Translations under genes and position numbers: made by a program
Part shown: positions 19,377-29,289 of the stretch, in pieces
Layout of the letters: every line of letters starts with the position of its first letter
Numbering within the stretch: position 1 is the first letter of the stretch
Origin: an uncultured Chloroflexia bacterium
GTDB taxonomy: Bacteria > Chloroflexota > Limnocylindria > Limnocylindrales > CSP1-4
Reading direction: 5' to 3'
DNA length: 64,000 nucleotides
NCBI GenBank assembly: GCA_963766655.1
Contig: CAVYBB010000001.1
Location: forward strand, 260,474 to 324,473
Notes under the pieces: generated by a model
Database searches by the model: none
Seen by the model: the letters and a program-made list of their open reading frames with translations, nothing else
What the model was told of the DNA's origin: nothing

Positions 19377-20212
19377 TTCCGACGGCCTTCGAGTACACCA
19401 GGCCCACGTCGCTCGACGAGGCGATCGCGGCCGTCGGCTCCGGCGGCAAGGTGATCGCCGGCGGCCAGAGCATCATCGGGCTGCTCAAGCTGCGGGTGGC
19501 AACGGCCGACCGGCTCATCGACATCGGCCGCATCAAGGAGCTGAAAGGCTACCGGAAGATGCCCGACGGCGGCGTCGAGATCGGGGCCCTGACGACGTAC
19601 GCCGAGTGGCAGGCGTCAACCACCATGGCCTCGGTCGCGGATGCAATCGACCTGATTGCCGACGTCCAGGTCCGCAACCGCGGGACGGTCGGTGGGTCGA
19701 TCGCCCACGCCGATCCCGCCTCCGACATGCCGGCGATCGCCCTGGCTTTCGACGGCTCGGCGGTTCTCCGCGGCCCGCGCGGCGAGCGGGTCGTTCCGCT
19801 CGACGGCTTCTTCGTCGGTCCGTTCACGACGAGCATGGCGGCGGACGAGATCCTCGTCTCGATCCGGCGTCCCGCCCTCCCGGCCGATGCGGTCTTTGCC
19901 TACCGCAAGCTCGCCCAGCCGGCGTCGGGCTACGCGATCGTCGGCGTCGCAGCGCTGGTCGCCATGAGCGGCGGCAGCATCAGCCACGCCCGGGTCGCGC
20001 TGACCGGGGTCGGCGAGGTCGCCTACCGGGCGAAGGCCGTCGAGGCCGACCTCATCGGCTCCGATGGGTCGGCGAACGCCATCGCCCACGCGGCCAGTCA
20101 CGCGACCGACGGCGTGACCGTCGCCAGCGACATCCATGCCGACGCCGCCTACCGGGCGGCGATGGCCGTGGTCTATACGAAGCGCGCGATCGAGGCCGCT
20201 CTCGGCCGCTGA
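19373..20212 (+). CDS. FAD-binding medium subunit (CoxM-type)
   Basis: ATGA overlap with the large subunit. AGGQSIIGLLKLR and VRNRGTVGGSIAHADP motifs. Confidence 0.9.
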   Translation: MIPTAFEYTRPTSLDEAIAAVGSGGKVIAGGQSIIGLLKLRVATADRLIDIGRIKELKGYRKMPDGGVEIGALTTYAEWQASTTMASVADAIDLIADVQVRNRGTVGGSIAHADPASDMPAIALAFDGSAVLRGPRGERVVPLDGFFVGPFTTSMAADEILVSIRRPALPADAVFAYRKLAQPASGYAIVGVAALVAMSGGSISHARVALTGVGEVAYRAKAVEADLIGSDGSANAIAHAASHATDGVTVASDIHADAAYRAAMAVVYTKRAIEAALGR

Positions 20213-20238
20213 GGCCGAGGCCCTCGTTCGTTCGGCGG

Positions 20239-21288
20239 GTGCGACTCGAGCGGATCGTCCCGGGTCGCCGCCCGCCTGACGAGCTCGTCGGGGCCGTCCT
20301 GGCGCGCGACCTCGCCGTCGGCGGGTCGCGCTGGGCGAAAGGGCGGCGCCTGTCGGCCGCCGACCTCGACGCGCTCGCGGCCCGCAGCCTGCCCGTCGCC
20401 GATCCGGTCACGGTGCTGGTCCTCGAGCCCGGCGACCTGCACGAGGATGACGCCGCGCTCCGACTCGCCGCCGCCGTGGCCGGTCCCGGCCTCAAGCAGC
20501 GGGGCCCGGTCCAGAGCCGCGTCGACCTTGTCGCCGAGCATGACGGCGTGCTCCATGTCAGATCGGCGGACCTGGAGCGGCTGAACCGGCTCGACCCGCT
20601 CGAGGTCTTCACCCGCCTCGAGGGTTCGATCGTCTCGGCCGGCGATCTCGTGGCCAGCGTGAAGGTGGCACCGCACGTCGTGGCCGAGCGCGTCGTGGAC
20701 GCGGGCGTTCGGATCGCGGCCCGGTCGCGGAGGCCGCTCGTGACGGTCGCCCCGTTCCGCCCGATGCGCGTGGCGGTCATCGTCAAGGAGTCGCTCCGCC
20801 CCGCCGACCGGCCAAGGTTCGAGACCAGCGTCCGGGCGAAGGTCGAGAGCCTCGGCTCCGCCGTCGTGGGGATCGCGTACGTCGCCGACGATGACGCCCC
20901 GGTCACGTCCGCGCTTGCGGCGGCGACGAAGGGCCACGACCGTGCAGACGTCGTCCTGACAGCGGGCGGCCGCTCGACCGATCCGTCCGACCCGTTCTTC
21001 ACCGCGATCGCCGACCTCGGTGGGCGCGTGGTCCGGCAGGGCGTGCCGGCTCACCCGGGCTCGATGCTGTGGCTGGCCAAGGTGGGCCGGACCGCGATCC
21101 TCGGCCTGCCGACATGCGGGGCGTACTCGAAGACAACGGCTGCCGACCTCCTCCTTCCGCGCCTCCTGACCGGCGAGCCGCCGACCCGGACGACCGTCTC
21201 GCACCTCGGCCACGGCGGCGTCCTGACGCGCGAGATGCGCTTCCGCTTCCCGCCGTACGCGCGGGAACTCGACGCGCCGGACGGCTGA
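20239..21288 (+). CDS. molybdopterin-binding (MoeA/MogA-like domain) protein
   Basis: GTG 20239. ADVVLTAGGRSTDPSDP and GVPAHPGSMLWLAKV motifs. Confidence 0.6.
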   Translation: MRLERIVPGRRPPDELVGAVLARDLAVGGSRWAKGRRLSAADLDALAARSLPVADPVTVLVLEPGDLHEDDAALRLAAAVAGPGLKQRGPVQSRVDLVAEHDGVLHVRSADLERLNRLDPLEVFTRLEGSIVSAGDLVASVKVAPHVVAERVVDAGVRIAARSRRPLVTVAPFRPMRVAVIVKESLRPADRPRFETSVRAKVESLGSAVVGIAYVADDDAPVTSALAAATKGHDRADVVLTAGGRSTDPSDPFFTAIADLGGRVVRQGVPAHPGSMLWLAKVGRTAILGLPTCGAYSKTTAADLLLPRLLTGEPPTRTTVSHLGHGGVLTREMRFRFPPYARELDAPDG

Positions 21289-21314
21289 TGCGCCGTCGCG
21301 CGGTGTAGATTCCG

Positions 21315-22265
21315 ATGATGGCCGACCCTCTCGACGTTCCCGCCCCGCCCGCGCTGCCAGTCGGTGCCGCCGTCCTCGGCACGATCGAGGGAATCCAGGA
21401 CGCATTCTTCGCTCGCGACTACGTCTGCGACCGATCCCTGGCGACGGCGACGTACCTCGCTCTGCAGCTCGACCGGCCGCTGCTCCTCGAGGGTGAGGCC
21501 GGCGTTGGCAAGACCGAGCTCGCGAAAATCCTCGCGGCGAGCCTCGGTGCGCGGCTGATCCGGCTGCAGTGCTATGAGGGCCTCGACGTCAACGCCGCGG
21601 TCTACGAGTGGAACTACCCGCGCCAGATGCTCGAGATCCGGCTGCTGGAGGCCCGCGGCGAGGCGACGTCGGCGAACGCCCACGACATCTTCGGGCCGGA
21701 CTTCCTCATTCGCCGGCCGCTCCTCCAGGCCCTCGAGGCCGACCCGGCGGAGGAGCCGCCCGTCCTCCTCATCGACGAGATCGACCGGGCCGACGAGGAA
21801 TTCGAGGCGTACCTCCTCGAGATCCTCTCGGACTTCCAGGTGACCGTTCCAGAGATCGGCACGATCAAGGCCGATCGGCCGCCCCGGGTCATCCTGACCT
21901 CGAACCGCACCCGCGAAGTTCACGACGCGCTCAAGCGCCGCTGCCTCTACCACTGGATCGACTACCCGTCCGCCCAGAAGGAATACGAGATCGTCTCGGC
22001 GCGGGTACCGGAGGCACCGGAGCGGCTGGCCAGGGAGGTCGTCGGGTTCGTCCACCGCCTGCGCGAGGCCGACCTGACCAAGGTTCCCGGCATCGCCGAG
22101 ACGCTCGACTGGGCGGCGGCGCTCCTGTCGCTTGGTGCCCGCGAGCTCGCTCCGGAACTCGTCGACGAGACGCTCGGCGTCGTCCTCAAGTACGAGGAGG
22201 ACATCCGGCGCGTCCGGGGCGAGACGACGCGCCGTTATCTCGCCGAGGCGGCCGCGCGGCCCTGA
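21315..22265 (+). CDS. coxD: MoxR-family AAA+ ATPase (CoxD-like)
   Basis: Walker A GEAGVGKT, Walker B LLIDEIDRA, and its position after the cox structural genes. Confidence 0.85.
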   Translation: MMADPLDVPAPPALPVGAAVLGTIEGIQDAFFARDYVCDRSLATATYLALQLDRPLLLEGEAGVGKTELAKILAASLGARLIRLQCYEGLDVNAAVYEWNYPRQMLEIRLLEARGEATSANAHDIFGPDFLIRRPLLQALEADPAEEPPVLLIDEIDRADEEFEAYLLEILSDFQVTVPEIGTIKADRPPRVILTSNRTREVHDALKRRCLYHWIDYPSAQKEYEIVSARVPEAPERLAREVVGFVHRLREADLTKVPGIAETLDWAAALLSLGARELAPELVDETLGVVLKYEEDIRRVRGETTRRYLAEAAARP

Positions 22266-22270
22266 CGCAG

Positions 22271-23672
22271 ATGGCCATGAGCCACGCTCCAGATCCCGCG
22301 ATCGTCGCGTCGCCGAACGGCGGCGAGGTCGACGGGCGGCGGCTGCTCGCCGAAGCTGTCGGGTTCGGTCGGGCGCTCCGGAGGGCGGGCCTCGCGATCG
22401 ATCTCGGAGCCGCCATCGACTATGCGCGGGCGCTGACGCTCGTCGACATGGGCGATCGCGAGACGGTGCGGGCCGCCGGTGCCGCGGTCTTCGTCCGGCG
22501 GCGGGACGATCGCGAGGTGTACGACCGGGTCTTCGACCGCTGGTGGCGGCGGCGCGGCAGGCGCCTGCCCGGCGAGGGCCCGCAGAGCGCGGCGCCACGC
22601 GAGGAGGCGCCGCCCGGCGCGGAGGAAGCCGAGGGCACGCCGGCCGACCACGAGGATGCCGAGAACGGCAGAGAGGGCACGGTCGACGGCATCCCGATGC
22701 CGATGTCCGGGGGCGATGAGGACGATCGACGAGGCCGACATCGACGGCCACATCGCGTCGCCCGACGCCTACAGCGCCGCCGAGGCGCTCCGCCACCGCG
22801 ACTTCGACCGGATGACCGCGTCGGAGCTGCGCGACGCCGAGCGGCTCGTCGACCTGCTCGAGCCGCGCCTCGAGCTGCGCCGGACACGGCGCTACGAGCT
22901 CCACCACCACGGCCGGCTGCTCGCACCGCGGGCGATGATGCGGCGGAACATCGCGACCGGCGGCCAGATGACTGACTGGGTCTGGCGGCGGGCGGTCAAG
23001 CGTCCACGCAAGATCGTCGTCCTCTGCGACATCTCGGGCTCCATGGAGCGTCATGCCCGGCTGCTCCTGCGGTTCATCCAGGCGCTCTCGGCATCGTCGG
23101 CCGTCAAGACGGAGTCGTTCGTCTTCGGGACGAAGCTGACCCGAGTGACGCGGCTCCTGCGCGACCGCGACCGAGATCGTGCGCTGGCGAAGGTCGCGGA
23201 CGCGGTCAACGACTGGGCCGGCGGGACCCGGATCGGCGAGTCCTTCCGCGAGTTCAACCTGCACTGGGCGCGGCGAACGCTCCGGACGAGCGGCATCGTG
23301 ATCGTCGTCTCGGACGGCTGGGATCGGGGCGATCCGGCGCTCGTCGCGACGGAGACGGCACGCCTGCGCCGGAACTGCCACCGGCTCGTCTGGCTCAACC
23401 CGCTGGCCGGGACGCCCGGCTACGAGCCGCTCGCCGGTGGGATGCGGGCTGCATACCCCTACATCGACGACTTCCTGCCGGCCGGCACGGTCGCGAGTCT
23501 CGAGCGGCTCGGCGAGATCCTCGCCGGCGTCCGCTCGGGCGACGTCCGGCGGGGCGGAGAGGCCGCGGCGTCCGCTGATGCCGGAGCGCGTGTCGCCATC
23601 CGTGAACTGGCACCACCCCGGGCCGTCTTTCCGGGCCACATCCCGCCCACCGAGGCGAGGCCCCTCCGATGA
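22271..23672 (+). CDS. coxE: VWA-domain CoxE-like protein; one frame break at a G5 run (22709-22713)
   Basis: N-part lies in the frame of ORF 21608..22975 and C-part in ORF 22479..23672. VVLCDISGSM MIDAS motif and WLNPL tail. Confidence 0.8.
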
Positions 23673-23685
23673 CGAGTCCGTCGCG

Positions 23686-24786
23686 ATGAAGGAGCTCCTG
23701 CCCACGCTCGAGGCCTGGCGGAACGACGGCATCGGGATCGGCCGGGCGGTCGTCGTCCGGACCTTCGGCTCCGCGCCGCGGCCGGAGGGCGCGGTGCTCC
23801 TGCGCGCCGACGATGGGCGGATCGCCGGGTCCGTCAGCGGCGGCTGCGTCGAGGGGGCGGCCGCGGAGGAGATCGAGCGCGCCCGGCGCGACGGCCACTC
23901 CCGGGTGATCCGCTACGGGATCAGTGACGAGGACGCCTGGGACGTCGGACTGGCCTGCGGCGGGACGATCGACGTGCTGATCGAGCCTGCCCTGCCGGCG
24001 TCGGTCGAGGCGGGTGCGCGGAACCGGAGCGTCGCGGTCGCGACCCCGCTGCCGCCGGACGCGCCGCCCGCGGAGTTCGGGCCGTCGCCGCCCGGTGACG
24101 GGGCGCCGCCACAGGCACAGGTCGTGCTCGCCGCCGGCGGCATCGTCGAGGGGTCGCTGGGCTCGGCGACCGCCGACGCGGCCCTCGAGGACGCCGCCCG
24201 CGAAGCGCTGCTGCGGGGCACATCGCGGACCGTCGAGATCGAGGGCCGATCCGTCTTCGTGGAGGCCTTCCCGGCTCGCCCGAGGCTCGTGGTGGTCGGT
24301 GCCGTCGAGGTCGCCCGCTCGCTGGTCCGGTTCGCCCGCGAGCTCGGGTTCGAGACGATCGTCGTCGACGGCCGCGCGTCGTTCGCGACGCCGGAGCGCT
24401 TCCCGGCCGACCAGGTCGACCAGCTGATCGTCGGTTGGCCGGACGAGGTCGCCGACGAGATCGGGCTCGGCCCGGACGACGCGGTCGCCGTGCTGACCCA
24501 CGACGTCAAGTTCGACGAGCCGGCGATCGTCGAGGCACTCCGCCGCAACTGCCGCTACGTCGGCGCGGTCGGCAGCCGCAAGACCCAGGGCGACCGGCGG
24601 GAGCGGCTCAGCGCAGCCGGCGTGAGCAATGAGGAGCTCGCCAGGCTTCGCGGCCCCGTCGGGCTCGACCTGGGCGGCCGCGCGCCGGCGGAGACCGCCC
24701 TGGCGATCATGGCCGAGATCGTGGCCAACCGGTACGGCGGGACGGGCAGGCCGATGCGTGAGGCGGCCGTCGGGGCACCGCGGTGA
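23686..24786 (+). CDS. XdhC/CoxI-family molybdoenzyme maturation protein
   Basis: GSVSGGCVE motif, Rossmann-like LVVVGAVEVA, and THDVKFDEPA. Confidence 0.85.
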   Translation: MKELLPTLEAWRNDGIGIGRAVVVRTFGSAPRPEGAVLLRADDGRIAGSVSGGCVEGAAAEEIERARRDGHSRVIRYGISDEDAWDVGLACGGTIDVLIEPALPASVEAGARNRSVAVATPLPPDAPPAEFGPSPPGDGAPPQAQVVLAAGGIVEGSLGSATADAALEDAAREALLRGTSRTVEIEGRSVFVEAFPARPRLVVVGAVEVARSLVRFARELGFETIVVDGRASFATPERFPADQVDQLIVGWPDEVADEIGLGPDDAVAVLTHDVKFDEPAIVEALRRNCRYVGAVGSRKTQGDRRERLSAAGVSNEELARLRGPVGLDLGGRAPAETALAIMAEIVANRYGGTGRPMREAAVGAPR

Positions 24787-26177
24787 ACGTCGCCGCGATC
24801 GTTCTCGCGGCCGGCGCGTCGAGCCGATTCGGGTCCCCGAAGGCGCTCGCCCTGCTCGATGGCCGGCCGATCCTCGAGCACGTCCTCGACGCCGTCCGGA
24901 CCGCCGGGATCGAGGAGATCGTGGTGGTCCTCGGACATGCGGCCCAGGAGATCGAGGACGGGATCGACTGGCTCTCCGAGCGCCGCGTCCGCAACCCCGA
25001 CCCGCGGTACCTGTCTGGTTCGCTCCAGGTGGGCCTGTCGGCCGTCCTCGACATCGACCCGCCAGTCAGGGGCGTCGTCATCGTCCTTGGCGACCAGCCC
25101 CGGACCCGCCCGGAGGTCATTCGGGCGCTCATCGGGGCGGCGCGATCCACCGATCGTCCCATCGTGATCCCGCGCTATGCGGACGGCGGCGGCGCGAACC
25201 CGGTGCTGCTCCGGGCGGATGCCTTCGAGCTTGTCGACGAGGCGAGCGGCGATCGCGGCCTCGGGCCGATCCTCGGGTCGGATCCGGATCTCGTCCTCGA
25301 GGTACCGGTCGCGGGTTCGAACCCCGACATCGACCGCCCGTCCGACCTGGCCGAGCTGGCCTGGGGGGAGCGCGTCCGGGCCAACCGGGAACAGGTCGAC
25401 CGGCTCCGCGAGGTCCCGGACGGGCCGGACTTCTACGGCCCCGTCACGAGCCTGTTCCGGGTGGATCCCGATCGATCGGACGATCCGGTCCTCGACGCGG
25501 TCATGGCGCTCGCCATCCCTGGCGAGACGTGGCTCGACATCGGTGCCGGAGCCGGCAGGTTCGCCCTGCCGCTGGCCCGGGTCGCCGCCGAGGTCGTCGC
25601 GCTCGAGCCGTCGCGAGGGATGCTCGATGCGCTTCGCGAGGAGATGGCGACCCACGGAGTCACGAACGTCCGCCCGGTCGAGGCGCGCTGGCCGGCTCCC
25701 GACCCGCCGACCGGCGACGTCGCCCTGATCGCCCACGTCGGCTACGACATCGAGGCGATCGGGCCGTTCGTCCGGGCGATGGAGGCGTCGGCGCGGCGCC
25801 TGTGCGTTGCCGTCCTGATGGATCGCCAGCCGTCGTCGCTCGTGGACCCGTTCTGGCCGATCGTCCATGGAGAAGCACGCGTCGCCCTGCCCGCACTGGC
25901 CGACTTCGTTGCGTTCCTGGAGGCCGCCGGTCGCGTTCCGAGCGTGTCGACGTCCCAGCGCGAGCCGCGCCGTTTCGCGAGCCGCGAGGAGCTCGCCGGG
26001 TTCCTTCGGCGCCAGCTGTGGATCGCCGACGGCGGCGAGAAGGAGCGGCGGTTCAACGCCGCTCTCGACGAGCTCATCGTCGAAGGCGACGACGGCCGGT
26101 TCGGGCTCGCGGGCCAGGCCGCATCGCCGACCGGCATCGTCTCGTGGGTACCGCCAACCGAAGGAGTCGCTCGATGA
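24783..26177 (+). CDS. fusion of a MobA/MocA-like Mo-cofactor nucleotidyltransferase and a class I SAM-dependent methyltransferase
   Basis: N-terminal VLAAGASSRFGSPKAL...VLGDQP. C-terminal WLDIGAGAGRFALPLA...ALEPS. GTGA overlap with the XdhC gene. Confidence 0.75.
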   Translation: MNVAAIVLAAGASSRFGSPKALALLDGRPILEHVLDAVRTAGIEEIVVVLGHAAQEIEDGIDWLSERRVRNPDPRYLSGSLQVGLSAVLDIDPPVRGVVIVLGDQPRTRPEVIRALIGAARSTDRPIVIPRYADGGGANPVLLRADAFELVDEASGDRGLGPILGSDPDLVLEVPVAGSNPDIDRPSDLAELAWGERVRANREQVDRLREVPDGPDFYGPVTSLFRVDPDRSDDPVLDAVMALAIPGETWLDIGAGAGRFALPLARVAAEVVALEPSRGMLDALREEMATHGVTNVRPVEARWPAPDPPTGDVALIAHVGYDIEAIGPFVRAMEASARRLCVAVLMDRQPSSLVDPFWPIVHGEARVALPALADFVAFLEAAGRVPSVSTSQREPRRFASREELAGFLRRQLWIADGGEKERRFNAALDELIVEGDDGRFGLAGQAASPTGIVSWVPPTEGVAR

Positions 26178-26368
26178 CCGATGAAGCACTGGGCAGCCGC
26201 ACCAAGCCGATGTGCCCGATCTGCGGCAACGACACGTTCCGCCAGGAGCGCGGCAAGATCGACAGCGCGTGGGGAATCACAGCCCACAAGGTGACGATGC
26301 TGATCTGCGAGCGCTGTCAGTTCGTGCTCCAGTTCTACGACGGCAACACGATCTTCGACTTCGACTGA
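26174..26368 (+). CDS. small Zn-ribbon protein (64 aa)
   Basis: CPICGN...CERCQ pairs. ATGA overlap with the upstream gene. Confidence 0.65.
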   Translation: MTDEALGSRTKPMCPICGNDTFRQERGKIDSAWGITAHKVTMLICERCQFVLQFYDGNTIFDFD

Positions 26369-26619
26369 GGGTCGCCGTCCGCACTCCGCCCCTGGTGACC
26401 GATTCCCTGACAGATGTCGCCCTGGCGGACCTTGGGCGACGTCTTCCGGCCGCCGCCAGGCGATCCCGAGCGTGAGGCTCGCGTGCAGGACCGTGCCATC
26501 CGCCCGTTTCTGCCCGATTGGGCGCTACCTCCGTGCCCAAGGTCGCTGTCGGCGACGTCTGGCAGGAAATGGGCAGGTGAACGGCGAGGTGACGGACGGC
26601 AATCGGACGCGGGATCGAA

Positions 26620-27192
26620 TCAGCCGGGCCGCTCGTTGCGCTGGGCTTTGGCGGCCGTCTCATCGATCCGCTTCGCCCGCGTCTCCGGTCGGCGGGCGAG
26701 CGCGATCGATCCGAGGAACATCCGGCGGGTCGAGGGAGGAAAGGCGTCCCAATGCTCGCGGGCAGGCGGCCGGGCCGCGAGCGCGGCAACGAGGTCATCG
26801 GGGACCTCGCCGCGCGTCGGGCCATCGAGCACCGTCCAGCTGCCGTCGGCTTTCGCGCGCTCAATGACGGCGAGACCGGCGGGCCGCATCAGGCCGGCGG
26901 CCATCAGCCGTTCGATTCGCGCCTTGTTCGTGTCGGCCCATCCGCTTCGGGGCTTGCGCGGCGCGAAGTACAGCCTCGTTCGCTGTTCGTCGACCCGTCC
27001 GCCCTTGCTGTCGATCCAGCCGAAGCAGAGCGCCTCTTCGACCGCCTGCTCGTACGAAACGCTCGTCACGCTGTCGCGCCGGCGATGGATGAGCCAGACC
27101 CCCGTCGCGGTGGCATGGTTTGCCTCGAGCCAATCCCGCCACCCCTGGCGCCCGCCCGGCTCGACCTCGGGTGCATCGTCGAAAGCACTCAT
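26620..27192 (-). CDS. YdeI/OmpD-associated family protein
   Basis: WRDWLEANH...GVWL...EALCFGWIDS pattern. Intact 190 aa. Confidence 0.7.
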   Translation of the reverse strand: MSAFDDAPEVEPGGRQGWRDWLEANHATATGVWLIHRRRDSVTSVSYEQAVEEALCFGWIDSKGGRVDEQRTRLYFAPRKPRSGWADTNKARIERLMAAGLMRPAGLAVIERAKADGSWTVLDGPTRGEVPDDLVAALAARPPAREHWDAFPPSTRRMFLGSIALARRPETRAKRIDETAAKAQRNERPG

Positions 27193-27274
27193 GGAGAGAG
27201 CTTACCTAGCACGCGGAGGGAGGTGGGCCTTGCGTCTCGGCCGGTTCGCGCCCGCGACATCAGCCACGACTGCG

Positions 27275-27750
27275 TCAGCCGACGCCGGGGGTGATCACGT
27301 AGGTCGTGATCGGCAGGCCGTCCTGATCGACGACCCCGACTCCGATGTAGGTGCCATCGGCTCCGCGGCCCTCGGTCACGATCACCCAGGCAGCGACGGG
27401 CTCCGGCGGCTCGAAGTCGGTCCCGCCCGCCGGCCCGATGATCCTGACCAGGGCCGGCACGAAGGCTGCATCGATGACGTGCACCGGCGGCACGCCCGCG
27501 TTCGTGCCGATCACCCTCGCCCGGCCGGCGGCGAGTTCGCCCCCGATCACCGCGCCTGCGGCGGTGGCGTCGAGGGCCGGGGTGGCGGCCGCAGGACCTC
27601 CGATCACGTCGACCTGGAGCCCGCCGACGACGATCGAGGTCACGGCGGCAGGCGACGGCGACGGTTCGCTACCGCACGCCGAGGCCACGGCGACCATCAC
27701 CACGAAGAGCAGGCTGACTCCGATCTTTGCCGACCCGCGCCCGTGGACAT
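27275..27750 (-). CDS. putative lipoprotein; likely frame break in the signal-peptide region
   Basis: AKIGVSLLFVVMVAVASAC lipobox lies in frame, but the only ATG (27750) is out of frame by 1 nt. The track ORF starts at GTG 27703. Confidence 0.5.
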
Positions 27751-27762
27751 GGCCGACACCCG

Positions 27763-28191
27763 TCAGCCGTCCTCGGGGGCCGCAGCCTTGCCGTCCACGT
27801 CGTCGCCGGGCGTCGTCATCGGCGTCTTGCTCAGGTGGCTGGCCTCGATGACCGTCGGCCGACCATCGCGGTCCTTCCAGCGAGTCTGGATCACGACCTC
27901 CTCGGATTCGCCGACGAGTCGAAGGGTGACGTTGAATCCCGACCCGCTGTGGTCGATGGAGTCGATGCTCGCCGCGCTCGATGGCAGCGGCAGGAGGGCG
28001 ATGACCTCGCCCAGGTTGCGCCGAAGCTCGTCGCTGAAGTCCGCGGTCGCCTGATCGATGTCGCCGGCGACGAGAGCATCGCAGAGAGCCTGGGCTCGTT
28101 CGCGAACGGCCTGTTCATCCATGGGTTGCTCCTGGGGTCGGGTTCGGACGACTGGGCTGTCGCTGCGCTCACGATAGGTCATGGCGCTCAC
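27763..28191 (-). CDS. hypothetical protein
   Basis: Intact ORF with high GC3. The internal ATG at 28122 (MDEQAVRERA) is an alternative start. Confidence 0.5.
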   Translation of the reverse strand: MSAMTYRERSDSPVVRTRPQEQPMDEQAVRERAQALCDALVAGDIDQATADFSDELRRNLGEVIALLPLPSSAASIDSIDHSGSGFNVTLRLVGESEEVVIQTRWKDRDGRPTVIEASHLSKTPMTTPGDDVDGKAAAPEDG

Positions 28192-28236
28192 ATGGTCGCC
28201 CGCCCAGTGCGCTTCCCGGCGAGTGAAACCCCTCGA

Positions 28237-28596
28237 TCAGTCGGGAGCGGTTTCAGGCTGCCGAACGATGTCGATCGAGATCTCGACGGCCGGGACCGTT
28301 CCCCTGTTCTCGAGCCAGTGACGTGTGTTCCGGTCCTCGGGCCAGCCCAGACCCGGCCCGTAGTCCGTGGCGACGCCGTCCCGGTGGTCGGTGATCGTCC
28401 CCTGCAGGACGTAGACGACGCCGGGCCTGCCTGCATGGTCGTGGATCGGGCCGAAGACGCCCGCGGGCTCGATGGTCACCATGCGCATGCGGAGCTGCCG
28501 CCCTTCCATGCCCTCGATCTCGCCGCCAAGGTCCACCGTCGCCAGGACCTGCACCGCAACACCCGTCGTCTCATGCGCCAGTGGCTGCCTGCTCAC
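28237..28596 (-). CDS. cupin-domain protein
   Basis: AGGAGA then GTG 28596. GPIHDHAGRPGVVYVLQG cupin motif. Confidence 0.7.
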   Translation of the reverse strand: MSRQPLAHETTGVAVQVLATVDLGGEIEGMEGRQLRMRMVTIEPAGVFGPIHDHAGRPGVVYVLQGTITDHRDGVATDYGPGLGWPEDRNTRHWLENRGTVPAVEISIDIVRQPETAPD

Positions 28597-28707
28597 GTGC
28601 TCTCCTATTTGACGGAACGACCCACGCAACGCCCCAACGGTAGAACTTGTCGCGGTCATCGTCCCTCCTGCTCGGGCTGGCGGTCGTTGCTCCGCCGGAC
28701 AGGCGCC

Positions 28708-29190
28708 CTAGAGGTCGCGTACCAGGTAGACCACATCGCCGAGATCATCCGTGGTGGTGTGGTCCCTGCGGAACCCGATCTTCTCGAGTACCCGGAGTGA
28801 CGCTGCGTTCCAGGGCCGCACGGTCGACCAGAGCCGGTGTCGGCCTGTCGCGGCCGCGGCAGCAACGAGGGCTTGCGCCGCTTCCGTTGCATAGCCGCGT
28901 CCGTGGAACCGCCGAAGCAGCTCGTAGGCGATCTCCGGTTCGTCCAGGCTGCAACGCCCGACGACGAGGGCGCAGTAGCCGATCACGTCGCCCTCCGCGC
29001 GACGACAGATCGCGAGGGCACCGATCCCGATCTCGATCGTGAGATCCCGGAATCGCGCGAGGCGCGTCGTCGCCTCTTCGAGCGTCGGCGTGTCCTCCCC
29101 ACGTTCGCCGATGAGCTCTCGGTACCAGGCTGCGTCGCGCTCGTCGCGAAGCCGGAGGGTTAGCCGCTCGGTCTCGATGGCGAGCGACAT
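28708..29190 (-). CDS. GNAT-family N-acetyltransferase (RimJ/RimL-like)
   Basis: TERLTLR start and RRFHGRGYATEAAQAL acetyl-CoA loop. Confidence 0.8.
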   Translation of the reverse strand: MSLAIETERLTLRLRDERDAAWYRELIGERGEDTPTLEEATTRLARFRDLTIEIGIGALAICRRAEGDVIGYCALVVGRCSLDEPEIAYELLRRFHGRGYATEAAQALVAAAAATGRHRLWSTVRPWNAASLRVLEKIGFRRDHTTTDDLGDVVYLVRDL

Positions 29191-29289
29191 CGGTTGCCAG
29201 GTCACGGATTCAAGGTACAGGACCACCAGTAACGGACACGTCGCCCGTCGGTTGACACGTGAAACTATTTGGTCACATATAGTCGCCGC

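Noticed and set aside
21051-23732. Long antisense ORFs: 893 aa here, and also 16719..19340, 32433..34427, 52335..54452 and 46845..48287 on the minus strand.
   Set aside because: They are Arg/Asp/Gly/Pro-rich with no motifs. Each lies exactly opposite a well-supported gene. These are typical GC-rich shadow ORFs.
29269-29289. TTG 29269 as the start of the ArsR-SRPBCC gene, as in the ORF track.
   Set aside because: The first seven codons (TTG GTC ACA TAT AGT CGC CGC) are atypically A/T-rich and overlap the TATAGT -10-like element. GTG 29290 or ATG 29293 fits better.
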